From: a virus
Length of the DNA: 64,000 nucleotides
Virus record (IMG/VR): IMGVR_UViG_3300002920_000044
Location: 19,344 to 83,343 of that record
Direction: 5' to 3' (one strand)
Positions 29,349-38,202 of the stretch are shown in pieces. Position 1 is the stretch's first letter, and each line of letters starts with the position of its first letter. The notes beneath the pieces were generated by a model that was given only the letters and a program-made list of their open reading frames with translations, was not told where the DNA came from and ran no database searches. Both the position numbers and the translations under genes were made by a program.

Positions 29349-31205
29349 ATGAACCTAGGTGACTTTGACACCACAATAACAGAAGCCCCCATGAATCCCA
29401 ACGAGTTTGCCAAGGCAATTGAAGTTGGGCAAAGTGAGGGGGTTTTGGTTGGTTACGAGTTTGAGATAGGTATTCCTGCCGCTTATTCGGGTGGCTACAG
29501 AACAACAAAAAAACTAGCTAGTCAAATAAAAACTACACTCAATACTAAAGTAAAGATTTTTGATGTTACTCATCAACATTCTAAAAAGCTTGACATATGG
29601 TACATTGAACCAGATGAAAGTTTACAAACCCAAGATTCCAAGGACGTAGCTCTTGAAGTAGTTACTACTCCCATGCCTCCCCGAGAAGCAGTGCAAGTGT
29701 TGAAAAGTTTCTATCAGTTAGCTAAGAGTAACAATTTTTATACTGGCAAACAATATTCAACTGGATTACATATCAATGTAAGTATACCGAAAACTCTAGA
29801 TGTATTAAAGTTAGCTTTATTTTTGGGTGACGAATATTTGTTAAAGCTATTTGATAGGGAAGATATTAAATATGTTTGGTCTTTAAAAAAAGAGGTAGAA
29901 GATAACCTAATAAGTGGCGATGACTTTGTAGAGACCAATACCAAGAAAAAAGGAAAAAAGATATTGGCTACGCAGAATGCCATTGATTTGGAAAAACTTA
30001 AAGCCATAGCCAATAAAATATCAGATGATCACTATGCTAGTATTAATTTCAGCGGTAAGTATGTTAGCTTCAGACATGCAGGCGGTGATTATTTGAATGA
30101 CTACGACAATGTGTTGAATGTAGTAGGTAGATTTGTAAGAGCCATGATCATTGCAAGTGATCCTGAACTTTATAAAAATGAGTATATGAAAAAGTTGTCT
30201 TTGTTAGTGTCTAAGACACAAACTCCTAGAATTAAAGACATTGATAAGGCTAAAGAGTATTTGAAGCTATTGCAATTTATAAAAACTAACGGATATCCGG
30301 TAGTAGTAGCTAGTTCGTTGTTTGGTGTAAGCAAACAAGAAGTTTTTAATGGTATACCTGGTGAATTATTGCAAGCACTACATATATTATACAGGACTAA
30401 TAATTATAAACGTGACACTAGTGTTAAAGCCAAAAAGTTTGCTAAACAAAATATTTTGAACTATTATTCATCTATGTTATCAGCAGATTCTAAGTTAATG
30501 AAAATGTATAATGATGCCACGTTATTGGGTGCAAGCCTTACATATATGGTTTGTCCAGCTGACTCTTTAGCACAAACAATCCAAATATTAAATTCTATGG
30601 AGTTTCCTTTTAAAGGCACGTATTATTATAATAATGATTGGGCGCCGATTTACCATGTTGAATATTTTCCTTTGAACCATCCACTAGTTAGCGATAGTTA
30701 TAAAAAAATAACCCGAGACTATAAAGAATATATGGATAAGGCACGCCAGGGCGATTATGTTAATGAAGACAAACAAGCACCAATCTACTACTTTTCTTAC
30801 GGTATGCTAACTGATTCAGACTATTTGCCAGGTGCAGAATTGATGGGTGTAGCAGAATTGAGAAACTTCGAGTTTACTATGTATGCATATGCCAATGTCG
30901 AACCAAAAACGGGAAGCAAGGTATATGGTGCCTTGTGGAAACTAGATAAGAATTTGCTGTCATCACTAGACCAAATTGAAGATTATCCAGAATTATATGA
31001 CCGCAGAACTTACCCAGTTTATATGGATGGGAAAAAATACCCAGCAGAAGTTTATTTGATGACGCCAAGAACGCTTGAATATATCAGTAACACAGTGCCT
31101 ACACAACAGTATATCAACACTGTACTAAAAGGCTATAAAAATGCAGGAATTCCAATTAGCCAGTTGTATGATGCTCTTGATTTCAATACTACGAATAAAT
31201 ATTAA
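29349..31205 (+). CDS. COOH-NH2 amidoligase (Amidoligase_2-like) fused to C-terminal gamma-glutamylcyclotransferase (AIG2/GGCT)
   Basis: Ligase: VGYEFEI, IEPDESL, LEVVTTPM, TGLHINVS, YASIN, VSFRHAGG. GGCT: YFSYG..., VYGALW, LDQIEDYP.LYDR, AEVYLM. Confidence 0.78.
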   Translation: MNLGDFDTTITEAPMNPNEFAKAIEVGQSEGVLVGYEFEIGIPAAYSGGYRTTKKLASQIKTTLNTKVKIFDVTHQHSKKLDIWYIEPDESLQTQDSKDVALEVVTTPMPPREAVQVLKSFYQLAKSNNFYTGKQYSTGLHINVSIPKTLDVLKLALFLGDEYLLKLFDREDIKYVWSLKKEVEDNLISGDDFVETNTKKKGKKILATQNAIDLEKLKAIANKISDDHYASINFSGKYVSFRHAGGDYLNDYDNVLNVVGRFVRAMIIASDPELYKNEYMKKLSLLVSKTQTPRIKDIDKAKEYLKLLQFIKTNGYPVVVASSLFGVSKQEVFNGIPGELLQALHILYRTNNYKRDTSVKAKKFAKQNILNYYSSMLSADSKLMKMYNDATLLGASLTYMVCPADSLAQTIQILNSMEFPFKGTYYYNNDWAPIYHVEYFPLNHPLVSDSYKKITRDYKEYMDKARQGDYVNEDKQAPIYYFSYGMLTDSDYLPGAELMGVAELRNFEFTMYAYANVEPKTGSKVYGALWKLDKNLLSSLDQIEDYPELYDRRTYPVYMDGKKYPAEVYLMTPRTLEYISNTVPTQQYINTVLKGYKNAGIPISQLYDALDFNTTNKY

Positions 31206-31219
31206 TGTAGGATTATATT

Positions 31220-31663
31220 ATGCTAACAGAAACTCTTAAAGTATTATTAGCTACAAGTTATAGCTTTGCTATCAAGGCTCAAAATTTTCATTGGAATTGT
31301 GAGGGCCCAGACTTTCCACAGTATCATAAATTTTTTGGTGATATTTACGAAGAAGTGTTCAACAATTCAATTGACCAGTTAGCCGAGTATGTTAGAATAC
31401 TTGGTAGCTATACTCCGGGAAGCTTTACTAGAATGATAGAGTTGTCCAAAATTGAGGACCAACTTCTTATTCCCAGAGCCGAACTAATGATTGCCGAACT
31501 TTATCAGGATAACCAGATTCTTCTTGAATTGTATAAAGAAGCGTTTCATGTCGCCGAACAAGCAGACGAGCAGGCTATTTGTGATTTTTTTGCTAGCAGA
31601 ATTAACGCACACGGTAAGTGGGGTTGGCAACTTAGAAGTACCTTAAGCAAGTCAAGAGCGTAA
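31220..31663 (+). CDS. dps: Dps/ferritin-like DNA protection protein
   Basis: KAQNFHWNCEGPDFPQYHKFFGDIYEE...DQLAEYVRILG...HGKWGWQLRS. Confidence 0.88.
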   Translation: MLTETLKVLLATSYSFAIKAQNFHWNCEGPDFPQYHKFFGDIYEEVFNNSIDQLAEYVRILGSYTPGSFTRMIELSKIEDQLLIPRAELMIAELYQDNQILLELYKEAFHVAEQADEQAICDFFASRINAHGKWGWQLRSTLSKSRA

Positions 31664-32467
31664 TTATTTTTCTTTTCCGTCTGCTAATCCTTCGTCTGGG
31701 TTAATACAAGTTTGCATTAACATCTCAACTTTAACTAATGCTTTTTTGCGAATTTGCTCACTATCTAAAATATCCCCAAGATAGATATACTGTGGCTTGT
31801 TACTATAGAACTTGGCTACTTCGCTATCATTTGATATACTAACTACGGCATCTGGAGAAAGCTTCATGTCCTTTATACATTCAATATCCCTCATAGTGTC
31901 TGGGTAGTTCTTCAATACCCACCCGTCAAGTGTGATTGTTTCACTTCTAACTAACTCAGCAACTTGATTGTGTTTGCTAGCATCAATCTTTTCTTTCTTG
32001 GCAAGTGTAATTGGGTCAATAAGTTTAATTTCATAGGTCTTTGCTAGATATTCGGCAATACCATGTTTATCGTCTAATACAATAATTTTAGGGGGAACTA
32101 CCCTCTCAGCACTGTCTGATTCGAACCCTATTTCTTCTAAGAAGACAGGCAACTCACTATAACAGTTTGGGCCGCGCACAACTTGAATGTGCAATTTTTC
32201 TTGAAGTTCTTGTTCATCGCCAGTTGTCTTGCCAGGTATTATCAATACATTGACACCTTCTATATCACCAATTTGTTTGTAAATAATTGATACGTCAAGC
32301 CATGCAGCAACCTCTACATCCAAAACTCTAATCTTATATGTAAAATCTTGCGGGTTTATAGCTTCAAGAACTCTTTGTAATCCTTTTGCAGCCAGTTTTC
32401 CTGTAACAAATATTACCTTACTGTTTTTTTCAGGTCTATATTCGTTAATAAGTTCTTCAACTATCAT
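31664..32467 (-). CDS. DUF6513-like domain fused to a degenerate adenylate-kinase-like domain
   Basis: IFVTGKLA...VLEAINPQDFTY.IRVL.V.VAAWL...LIIPGKTTGD...L...VVRGP resembles the N-domain of methanopterin-type DHPS-like proteins. GWVLKNYPDT...PDAVVSI resembles ADK GWILDGFPRT but lacks a P-loop. Confidence 0.55.
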   Translation of the reverse strand: MIVEELINEYRPEKNSKVIFVTGKLAAKGLQRVLEAINPQDFTYKIRVLDVEVAAWLDVSIIYKQIGDIEGVNVLIIPGKTTGDEQELQEKLHIQVVRGPNCYSELPVFLEEIGFESDSAERVVPPKIIVLDDKHGIAEYLAKTYEIKLIDPITLAKKEKIDASKHNQVAELVRSETITLDGWVLKNYPDTMRDIECIKDMKLSPDAVVSISNDSEVAKFYSNKPQYIYLGDILDSEQIRKKALVKVEMLMQTCINPDEGLADGKEK

Positions 32468-32532
32468 AATGATTATTCCTTATTATTATTTAGTTTCAGA
32501 GATAAATACTTAGTATATTTAAAAGGACGATT

Positions 32533-35001
32533 ATGCGAGCAAAAGAGTTTTTATTGTCTACTTCGCCATTAAACTTATTTGAAGTAAAAATGAGTCCTGC
32601 TAATCTTAAAAAACTGACCTCTACTATTGATGCTAAGGTTGGTATTGAATTTGAAATGGCTTTCCCCCAGATAGAAAAATATGATGATGAATACTATGAA
32701 CCTGATTACGATTATGACGCAAGTTTATATTCAATTGAGGATGTCGTAGATTTTTTTAGTCAGGGGGGCGTTAACTCTAGGGATGATATTAATGCACTGA
32801 AGCGCAATCTAATGCAAGAAGTAGATGAAAAACGTCAGGAGCTAATATTAGAACTTTGGGATGATGAAGCTGATGAGTTCTTCCCAGACTGGGTAAGAGA
32901 TAATGTTCCAGAAGAAGTTGTTAGCAAGTTTGTTGGTAAAGAACCAGACTTATTTGGGGAAACAGTTCCTACTAAAGAAGATTGGGATAAATTCATTGAA
33001 CATGAGACGAAGGAACAAGGAGATTACTGGGAAAAGGCTAAAGAAGAATTCATTGAATTACACCAAGATGATCAAGATTATCTAGAAGATAGAATTCTGT
33101 CAAGTCTAGGATATGAGTATATGACAGATATTCATAGTAATTTTGGTATCGAGTGGCCATTCTTAACCACTGTGGCATCTTATTTTGAAGGAATCCTAGA
33201 AGATTTGGCAACATCCTTAGAAGAAGCAGTAGAACGTAAGGTAAGATATTCGTCTGGATATCATGAGTTAACAAAGGATGATAAAAGCTATGTAATTGAA
33301 ACTGACAGTAGTATTAATGGTGAGGGCGGTATAGGCTTAGAAATTGTAAGCCCTCCTATGTCAATTGACGAAATGCTTGAAGATATCAAAAAAATAAAAA
33401 AATGGGCAGATGAACATAATGCTGTTACTAATAAGTCTACTGGGCTTCACATCAATGTAAGTGTTCCTGGATATAAAAAGTCTCAATTAGATTTAACCAA
33501 GCTTACATTACTAGTTGGTGACAAGTATATTCTTAAAAAGTTTGACAGAATTGCCAATGATTATGCTGCATCGGTATTTGATAAGATATTGACAAACACC
33601 ACTGAAGTTGACCAGGAAATATTCTTTAGAAATCTCAAGGGCAAAATGAATGGAATTAGTGCTAAGCTATTCTCAGGTGACGGGTTCGGCAAATATTCAA
33701 GCATTAACCCACGACAAGGATGGGTAGAATTTAGAAGCCCTGGCGGTGACTGGCTTAACAAAAGCAAACAAGAAATTGAAGACACTATTAGACGTTTTGT
33801 TATAGCATTGGATGCTGCTGTTGATCCATCTAAGTACCAAAAAGAATACCTAAAGAAACTAACCAAAGTATTTTTGCCCTCGTCTGGGTCAATTGAAGAA
33901 TTATTTATCCAATATGCAGCTGGCGCAATAACCAAAACTGAGTTGAAGAAAGAATTGCAAAAAGTTAGAGAAAAAACTAGCAATAAAAAATTCCTCGAAA
34001 AAGGAATTATATTTGTTGAGTATAATCAAATAAAAAAAGGTGACTGGATTATTGAACAACCTATTCCTGGTAGTTTCACATATTCTCGTGCATATCTCAG
34101 GAAAACAGCCGAAATTAATTCACCAGAAAAAGCACAAAATGCAGTTCTTGAATCTATGCCAAATTCGTTTGATGCTAAGAGAATTGAAGAAATCACTGTG
34201 ACTGAGTATGATGGGTTTCATATATTTGTTATTCATGAAAGAGGTCTTCCTTTCATATCGAACAAAAAATATCATAGAGCTACCCCTGCACAAGCTCAAG
34301 AATTTTTTTATAGAGAACACCCGGAGTTTAGAAGTTTAGACCTCGTGGCCAGTCGTGATAGAGACCTTAGGCGTCTTGAATCTAACAAAGAGTTGCTTAT
34401 CAAAGGACAAACTGTTTACGTCGTAGTTGATTATTCCGATTCTATTCCATATGCTAATGTTATTAGTGGAGTCTCACCAGAACACGCTGAGTTACGTGCA
34501 AGGTTCTATCTTTTTATTTATGATAAAGACGCTAGTGTGATACCTATTCAAGAATTTAACAAAGATTCTCCTGACAATGATGAAACTAAGTTAAAAATGT
34601 ATAGTATCAGGTATATTAATCACCCTTATTATGTGTATAATGTTTTCGCCACAAGCAAAAAACAAGCCGCCTTAATACACAAACTACTAAATGAGAACAA
34701 AAACGATGTTATGTTCATAATAGAGTTCCCCCAACAAATCATATATAAAATGAAACGTTTTATTGAAGAACAAGTAAAAAACCTCATGGAAGTTGGAGTA
34801 TTCTTTAATCCTGAGAACGGTAATTTGAGTAGGTATGACCCTAACAACCTGATTAGGTTTAGGTCTACTTATCAAGATGGCCCTACCAAACGACAAATAA
34901 ATGTTTTTGCTAACAATATTGAGCAAGCTGAAGTTTTGGCAAGAATAAAATATGATTTAGAGCCCACAGATAAATTAGATATTGAGAGAGTTGATCATTG
35001 A
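32533..35001 (+). CDS. COOH-NH2 amidoligase (Amidoligase_2-like) paralogue with acidic insertion and long C-terminal extension
   Basis: VGIEFEM, IETDSSI, GLEIVSPPM, TNKSTGLHINVS, KYSSINP and VEFRSPGG. Confidence 0.78.
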   Translation: MRAKEFLLSTSPLNLFEVKMSPANLKKLTSTIDAKVGIEFEMAFPQIEKYDDEYYEPDYDYDASLYSIEDVVDFFSQGGVNSRDDINALKRNLMQEVDEKRQELILELWDDEADEFFPDWVRDNVPEEVVSKFVGKEPDLFGETVPTKEDWDKFIEHETKEQGDYWEKAKEEFIELHQDDQDYLEDRILSSLGYEYMTDIHSNFGIEWPFLTTVASYFEGILEDLATSLEEAVERKVRYSSGYHELTKDDKSYVIETDSSINGEGGIGLEIVSPPMSIDEMLEDIKKIKKWADEHNAVTNKSTGLHINVSVPGYKKSQLDLTKLTLLVGDKYILKKFDRIANDYAASVFDKILTNTTEVDQEIFFRNLKGKMNGISAKLFSGDGFGKYSSINPRQGWVEFRSPGGDWLNKSKQEIEDTIRRFVIALDAAVDPSKYQKEYLKKLTKVFLPSSGSIEELFIQYAAGAITKTELKKELQKVREKTSNKKFLEKGIIFVEYNQIKKGDWIIEQPIPGSFTYSRAYLRKTAEINSPEKAQNAVLESMPNSFDAKRIEEITVTEYDGFHIFVIHERGLPFISNKKYHRATPAQAQEFFYREHPEFRSLDLVASRDRDLRRLESNKELLIKGQTVYVVVDYSDSIPYANVISGVSPEHAELRARFYLFIYDKDASVIPIQEFNKDSPDNDETKLKMYSIRYINHPYYVYNVFATSKKQAALIHKLLNENKNDVMFIIEFPQQIIYKMKRFIEEQVKNLMEVGVFFNPENGNLSRYDPNNLIRFRSTYQDGPTKRQINVFANNIEQAEVLARIKYDLEPTDKLDIERVDH

Positions 35002-35065
35002 CAAAACTTTCTATTAAGAGTATAGAAATCTTTCTTGTTAATAAATATACAAAAAGGCAATGAAC

Positions 35066-35368
35066 ATGAAGATTTACGAAATTTTGAATGAAGAACACAG
35101 CACTGATCCAGACTTTGACAAGTTACCAAACATTGTTCTTCAGGTCCGCAAGAGCTTGGACACAGGGGGCAATCGTCCTCTTTCGTTTAGAGACGGAACT
35201 ACCAAAACTGTTCCAGTGAATGCAATGGTCGCCTTCATGAATAAATACGAAACTCTAAAGCCCATAGACCGTGAAAAGATGCAGAAACAAGCTATTGAAA
35301 GCTTTGGAAGCTTCATGGATGTGGTCAAAAGTTTTGTTGGTCAACGCGCACCAAAGAGCATTTATTAA
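35066..35368 (+). CDS. Small putative head-internal protein
   Basis: MKIYEILNE|E leader; late motif at 35041. Confidence 0.55.
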   Translation: MKIYEILNEEHSTDPDFDKLPNIVLQVRKSLDTGGNRPLSFRDGTTKTVPVNAMVAFMNKYETLKPIDREKMQKQAIESFGSFMDVVKSFVGQRAPKSIY

Positions 35369-35462
35369 TTACCCGAAACAATTGATAATTTTTACTATAG
35401 CAGTTATATTAGAAACTCTGACTGATAGTAGTCAGCATTTTAATGAAAGAGGAAATTAATAT

Positions 35463-35951
35463 ATGAAGAACTTTGTATTTGCAGCCGTAGCTGCTACTGT
35501 GGCCTTTGCTGCAACACCTGCAATGGCCGACAACTCAAACTTTACCGGCCCTCGTGTGGGTCTAACTGCTGGTTACGATGATGTAACTGGTTCTTTTGAT
35601 GCCAACGATGTAGTATATGGTGCTGATGTTGGTGTTGATCTTCCGGTTGGTGAAAACGTTGTTGTTGGACTTGAAGGCACTGTAACTAATGTCTTTGAAG
35701 ACACCCGTACTTTTGGTGTTGGTGCTCGTGCTGGCTATACCGTAACTGACAACCTTATGCCTTTCGTTCGTGTTGGTTGGGCAAACTATAGTGATGTTCT
35801 CAATGGTGACCTCAACGGTGTAACTGTTGGTGGTGGTCTTGAGTATGCACTTAACAGCGCAATCTATACCAAGGTTGAATATCGTTACAGCGATTTTGAA
35901 AAGGGCGTTGGTAATCACGGCGCACTTATCGGGGTAGGAATTAGGTTCTGA
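35463..35951 (+). CDS. Outer-membrane 8-stranded beta-barrel (porin/opacity-like) with signal peptide
   Basis: Signal peptide MKNFVFAAVAATVAFAATPAMA; alternating G/hydrophobic strands; C-terminal VGIRF (terminal Phe, BAM signal). Confidence 0.85.
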   Translation: MKNFVFAAVAATVAFAATPAMADNSNFTGPRVGLTAGYDDVTGSFDANDVVYGADVGVDLPVGENVVVGLEGTVTNVFEDTRTFGVGARAGYTVTDNLMPFVRVGWANYSDVLNGDLNGVTVGGGLEYALNSAIYTKVEYRYSDFEKGVGNHGALIGVGIRF

Positions 35952-35980
35952 CTTTTAGTTAGAATTAATTCAAAGATACG

Positions 35981-36010
35981 GGGGAAACTGGCAACAGTTT
36001 CCCCTATTTT
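35981..36010 (+). terminator. Intrinsic terminator after the OMP gene
   Basis: Perfect 10 bp stem ggggaaactg-GCAA-cagtttcccc followed by tattttt. Confidence 0.85.
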
Positions 36011-36038
36011 TATAAATAGATGTATAAGGATAAAAAAT

Positions 36039-36575
36039 ATGTCTATTTTTGCTATATTGTCATTGAGTATATTAATTTTATGGACTGTATACGGTATATT
36101 TGGCCCGAGAGTAAAAAAGAGTTCTAGGGCCAATCATAATGCTATGGGTATAAATTTTCCCATCCCGTATAAAGGAACTAGTTATGGACCTGGAGTTTGG
36201 AAACAAGAAGAGGGCGAATGGAGATTTTCCAAAGTATTGGGTGTGATAGTGGGATACATTTATTGGTTTTTAACCATGTCATATCCTATTGTGGTTATCG
36301 CCCCTATTATTGCTATAGCTGTTGATAGTTTCTCGAGAAAGTTTATTGTTTATGATATAGCGGGTCACGGTGCTGAAATTCTTTATGCAGAAAAAATGGG
36401 ATTTTCTAACTATATGGAAGAGGAAGCAGAAAGAATGAGTAAGGACCGTAACTTTAAAGCAAAGTGGTCAAATGATTCTACTAGAAAAGAAATTATCATA
36501 GAACAGCTTAAGAAATATCGCTGGCTATCAAGAATTGTTCTTTCATTATCTTATAAAAAAATTCCAACAGATTAA
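36039..36575 (+). CDS. Hypothetical membrane protein
   Basis: Two hydrophobic regions (N-terminal, and VLGVIVGYIYWFL...IIAIAV). Confidence 0.55.
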   Translation: MSIFAILSLSILILWTVYGIFGPRVKKSSRANHNAMGINFPIPYKGTSYGPGVWKQEEGEWRFSKVLGVIVGYIYWFLTMSYPIVVIAPIIAIAVDSFSRKFIVYDIAGHGAEILYAEKMGFSNYMEEEAERMSKDRNFKAKWSNDSTRKEIIIEQLKKYRWLSRIVLSLSYKKIPTD

Positions 36576-36583
36576 ATACTATC

Positions 36584-37111
36584 ATGAGAGCAATAGAGTT
36601 TTTAACCGAAAAGAAAAAGCGTAAGCGTAAAAAATCCAAGAAAGCATACGGAGGGTATTTCTACCCTGGGTTTGGATTCTATGGCACTGGTGAAGGAAAC
36701 GCAGATGCAGGCGGCGATGGCGGCGGAGGGGGAGAAAGCATCTATGAAACACAAGAAAACAACCATAAACATGAAGTCGAAAAGTTTGCAAATTGGATGA
36801 TTGAAAAGCTTAAGATCAAGAACCCAGTTAAGATCGAACTAAGCATGGATACTGAAGAGGCACAGACCAATCATCATACTGGCGGTCATATTTTAGGGAC
36901 AGATAAAATATGGGTATATGCCAAAAATAGAAATTTAGTAGATATCCTAAGAACCGTTGCTCATGAACTGGCTCACATTAAACAAGGTGAGCTTGATATG
37001 ATTGAACCAGGCGACAGCTATCCAGGAAGCCCCATTGAGTCACAAGCAGACGTTATAGCTGGTAAGTGGATTAAGATATACGGTAAAGAGAACAATCACA
37101 TATTTGAATAA
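36584..37111 (+). CDS. Zincin-like metallopeptidase (HExxH) with capsid-targeting-like leader
   Basis: RTVAHELAHIKQ plus downstream ESQAD third-ligand motif; leader MRAIEFLTE|K. Confidence 0.65.
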   Translation: MRAIEFLTEKKKRKRKKSKKAYGGYFYPGFGFYGTGEGNADAGGDGGGGGESIYETQENNHKHEVEKFANWMIEKLKIKNPVKIELSMDTEEAQTNHHTGGHILGTDKIWVYAKNRNLVDILRTVAHELAHIKQGELDMIEPGDSYPGSPIESQADVIAGKWIKIYGKENNHIFE

Positions 37112-37224
37112 TATGCTTGTCATACCAATTATTTTTTGCTGTTACTAATCTCATATATTGTTCATGTTCGCTAGGTTCGTCTCTCCCCGAAATTTACAAC
37201 AATGCAATATCAATAATAGCCTTT

Positions 37225-38202
37225 TCAGGTTTTAGGTTCGATCTTTGGTTCTTCACTAGCGTATGATAGAGGGAACTTTTCAGCCAATAATTGGGCCTCT
37301 CGATGAACATCATATCCGCCAGGTTTTATGTCTTGGCTAGCTTTGTTGATGATTTCACTCTTTTCTTTCATGGCTTCAATTATTTTTTTCATTAATCCTG
37401 GGTAGTATTTGGCAAACATGCTATCCTTGCTGTTTTTATGGGCTTGGCTAGCACTTTTTATTTGGTTGGTGGGAGCATGGATTTGGTATTTACTGTAATC
37501 TTCGTTAGGATTTTTGATATTGAAGACGTTTAATATTAGTCCCTGTGGCATATATTTATTAATCCAGGTTTCACCAGAACTTGAACCAGTACAATAAGAA
37601 GCTTTAATGCCAAATCCGTTATTGAAAAAATAACATGCACCATAGTTTAATGGAATAGAAACAAATATTTCACCGTCATTGATAAGAACAATATCTTTCT
37701 TGTTCTTTTTCATCTGTTTTAGCTTTGCTTCGTCTTTAAACTGAGATATTGCTTGTCTATAGGTAGTGTTCAATACCCTAGATAAATGCTGTAAATCTGT
37801 AAAGCGATTAATGTCAGAATACTTAGCATCAAGCACGCGTGACCTTCCCAATACGTGAAATAAAGCAAGAGTGTCAGCTTCACCTACAATATCCTCATAG
37901 TCTACTGCTCCAATCACATATTTTCTGACTAACCACATATCATACTTGTTAATTTTTGATATATCGCCATACTCGGTGTTGCTTAAGGCCGAATCAATTA
38001 CATCGCTTAAAAATTTCGTAGCATGTTCATCGGTAGGGCGCTTACCTAATTTATGAAGCATATTGACGGGTATAGTGTCATCGTTGTGTACGGCTATTCT
38101 GATAGCACGCATTATATTTGGGTCTTTAATTTTAGACGCTACATTAGCTTCAACAAGTTTGGTTTCAACTGTTTTAGTTTTTGTGATATCAGAAATTTTC
38201 AT
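37225..38202 (-). CDS. PcfJ-like domain protein with capsid-targeting-like leader
   Basis: IPLNYGAC...SYCT...QGLI...KYQIH pattern; leader MKISDITKTKTVETKLVE|A. Confidence 0.45.
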   Translation of the reverse strand: MKISDITKTKTVETKLVEANVASKIKDPNIMRAIRIAVHNDDTIPVNMLHKLGKRPTDEHATKFLSDVIDSALSNTEYGDISKINKYDMWLVRKYVIGAVDYEDIVGEADTLALFHVLGRSRVLDAKYSDINRFTDLQHLSRVLNTTYRQAISQFKDEAKLKQMKKNKKDIVLINDGEIFVSIPLNYGACYFFNNGFGIKASYCTGSSSGETWINKYMPQGLILNVFNIKNPNEDYSKYQIHAPTNQIKSASQAHKNSKDSMFAKYYPGLMKKIIEAMKEKSEIINKASQDIKPGGYDVHREAQLLAEKFPLSYASEEPKIEPKT

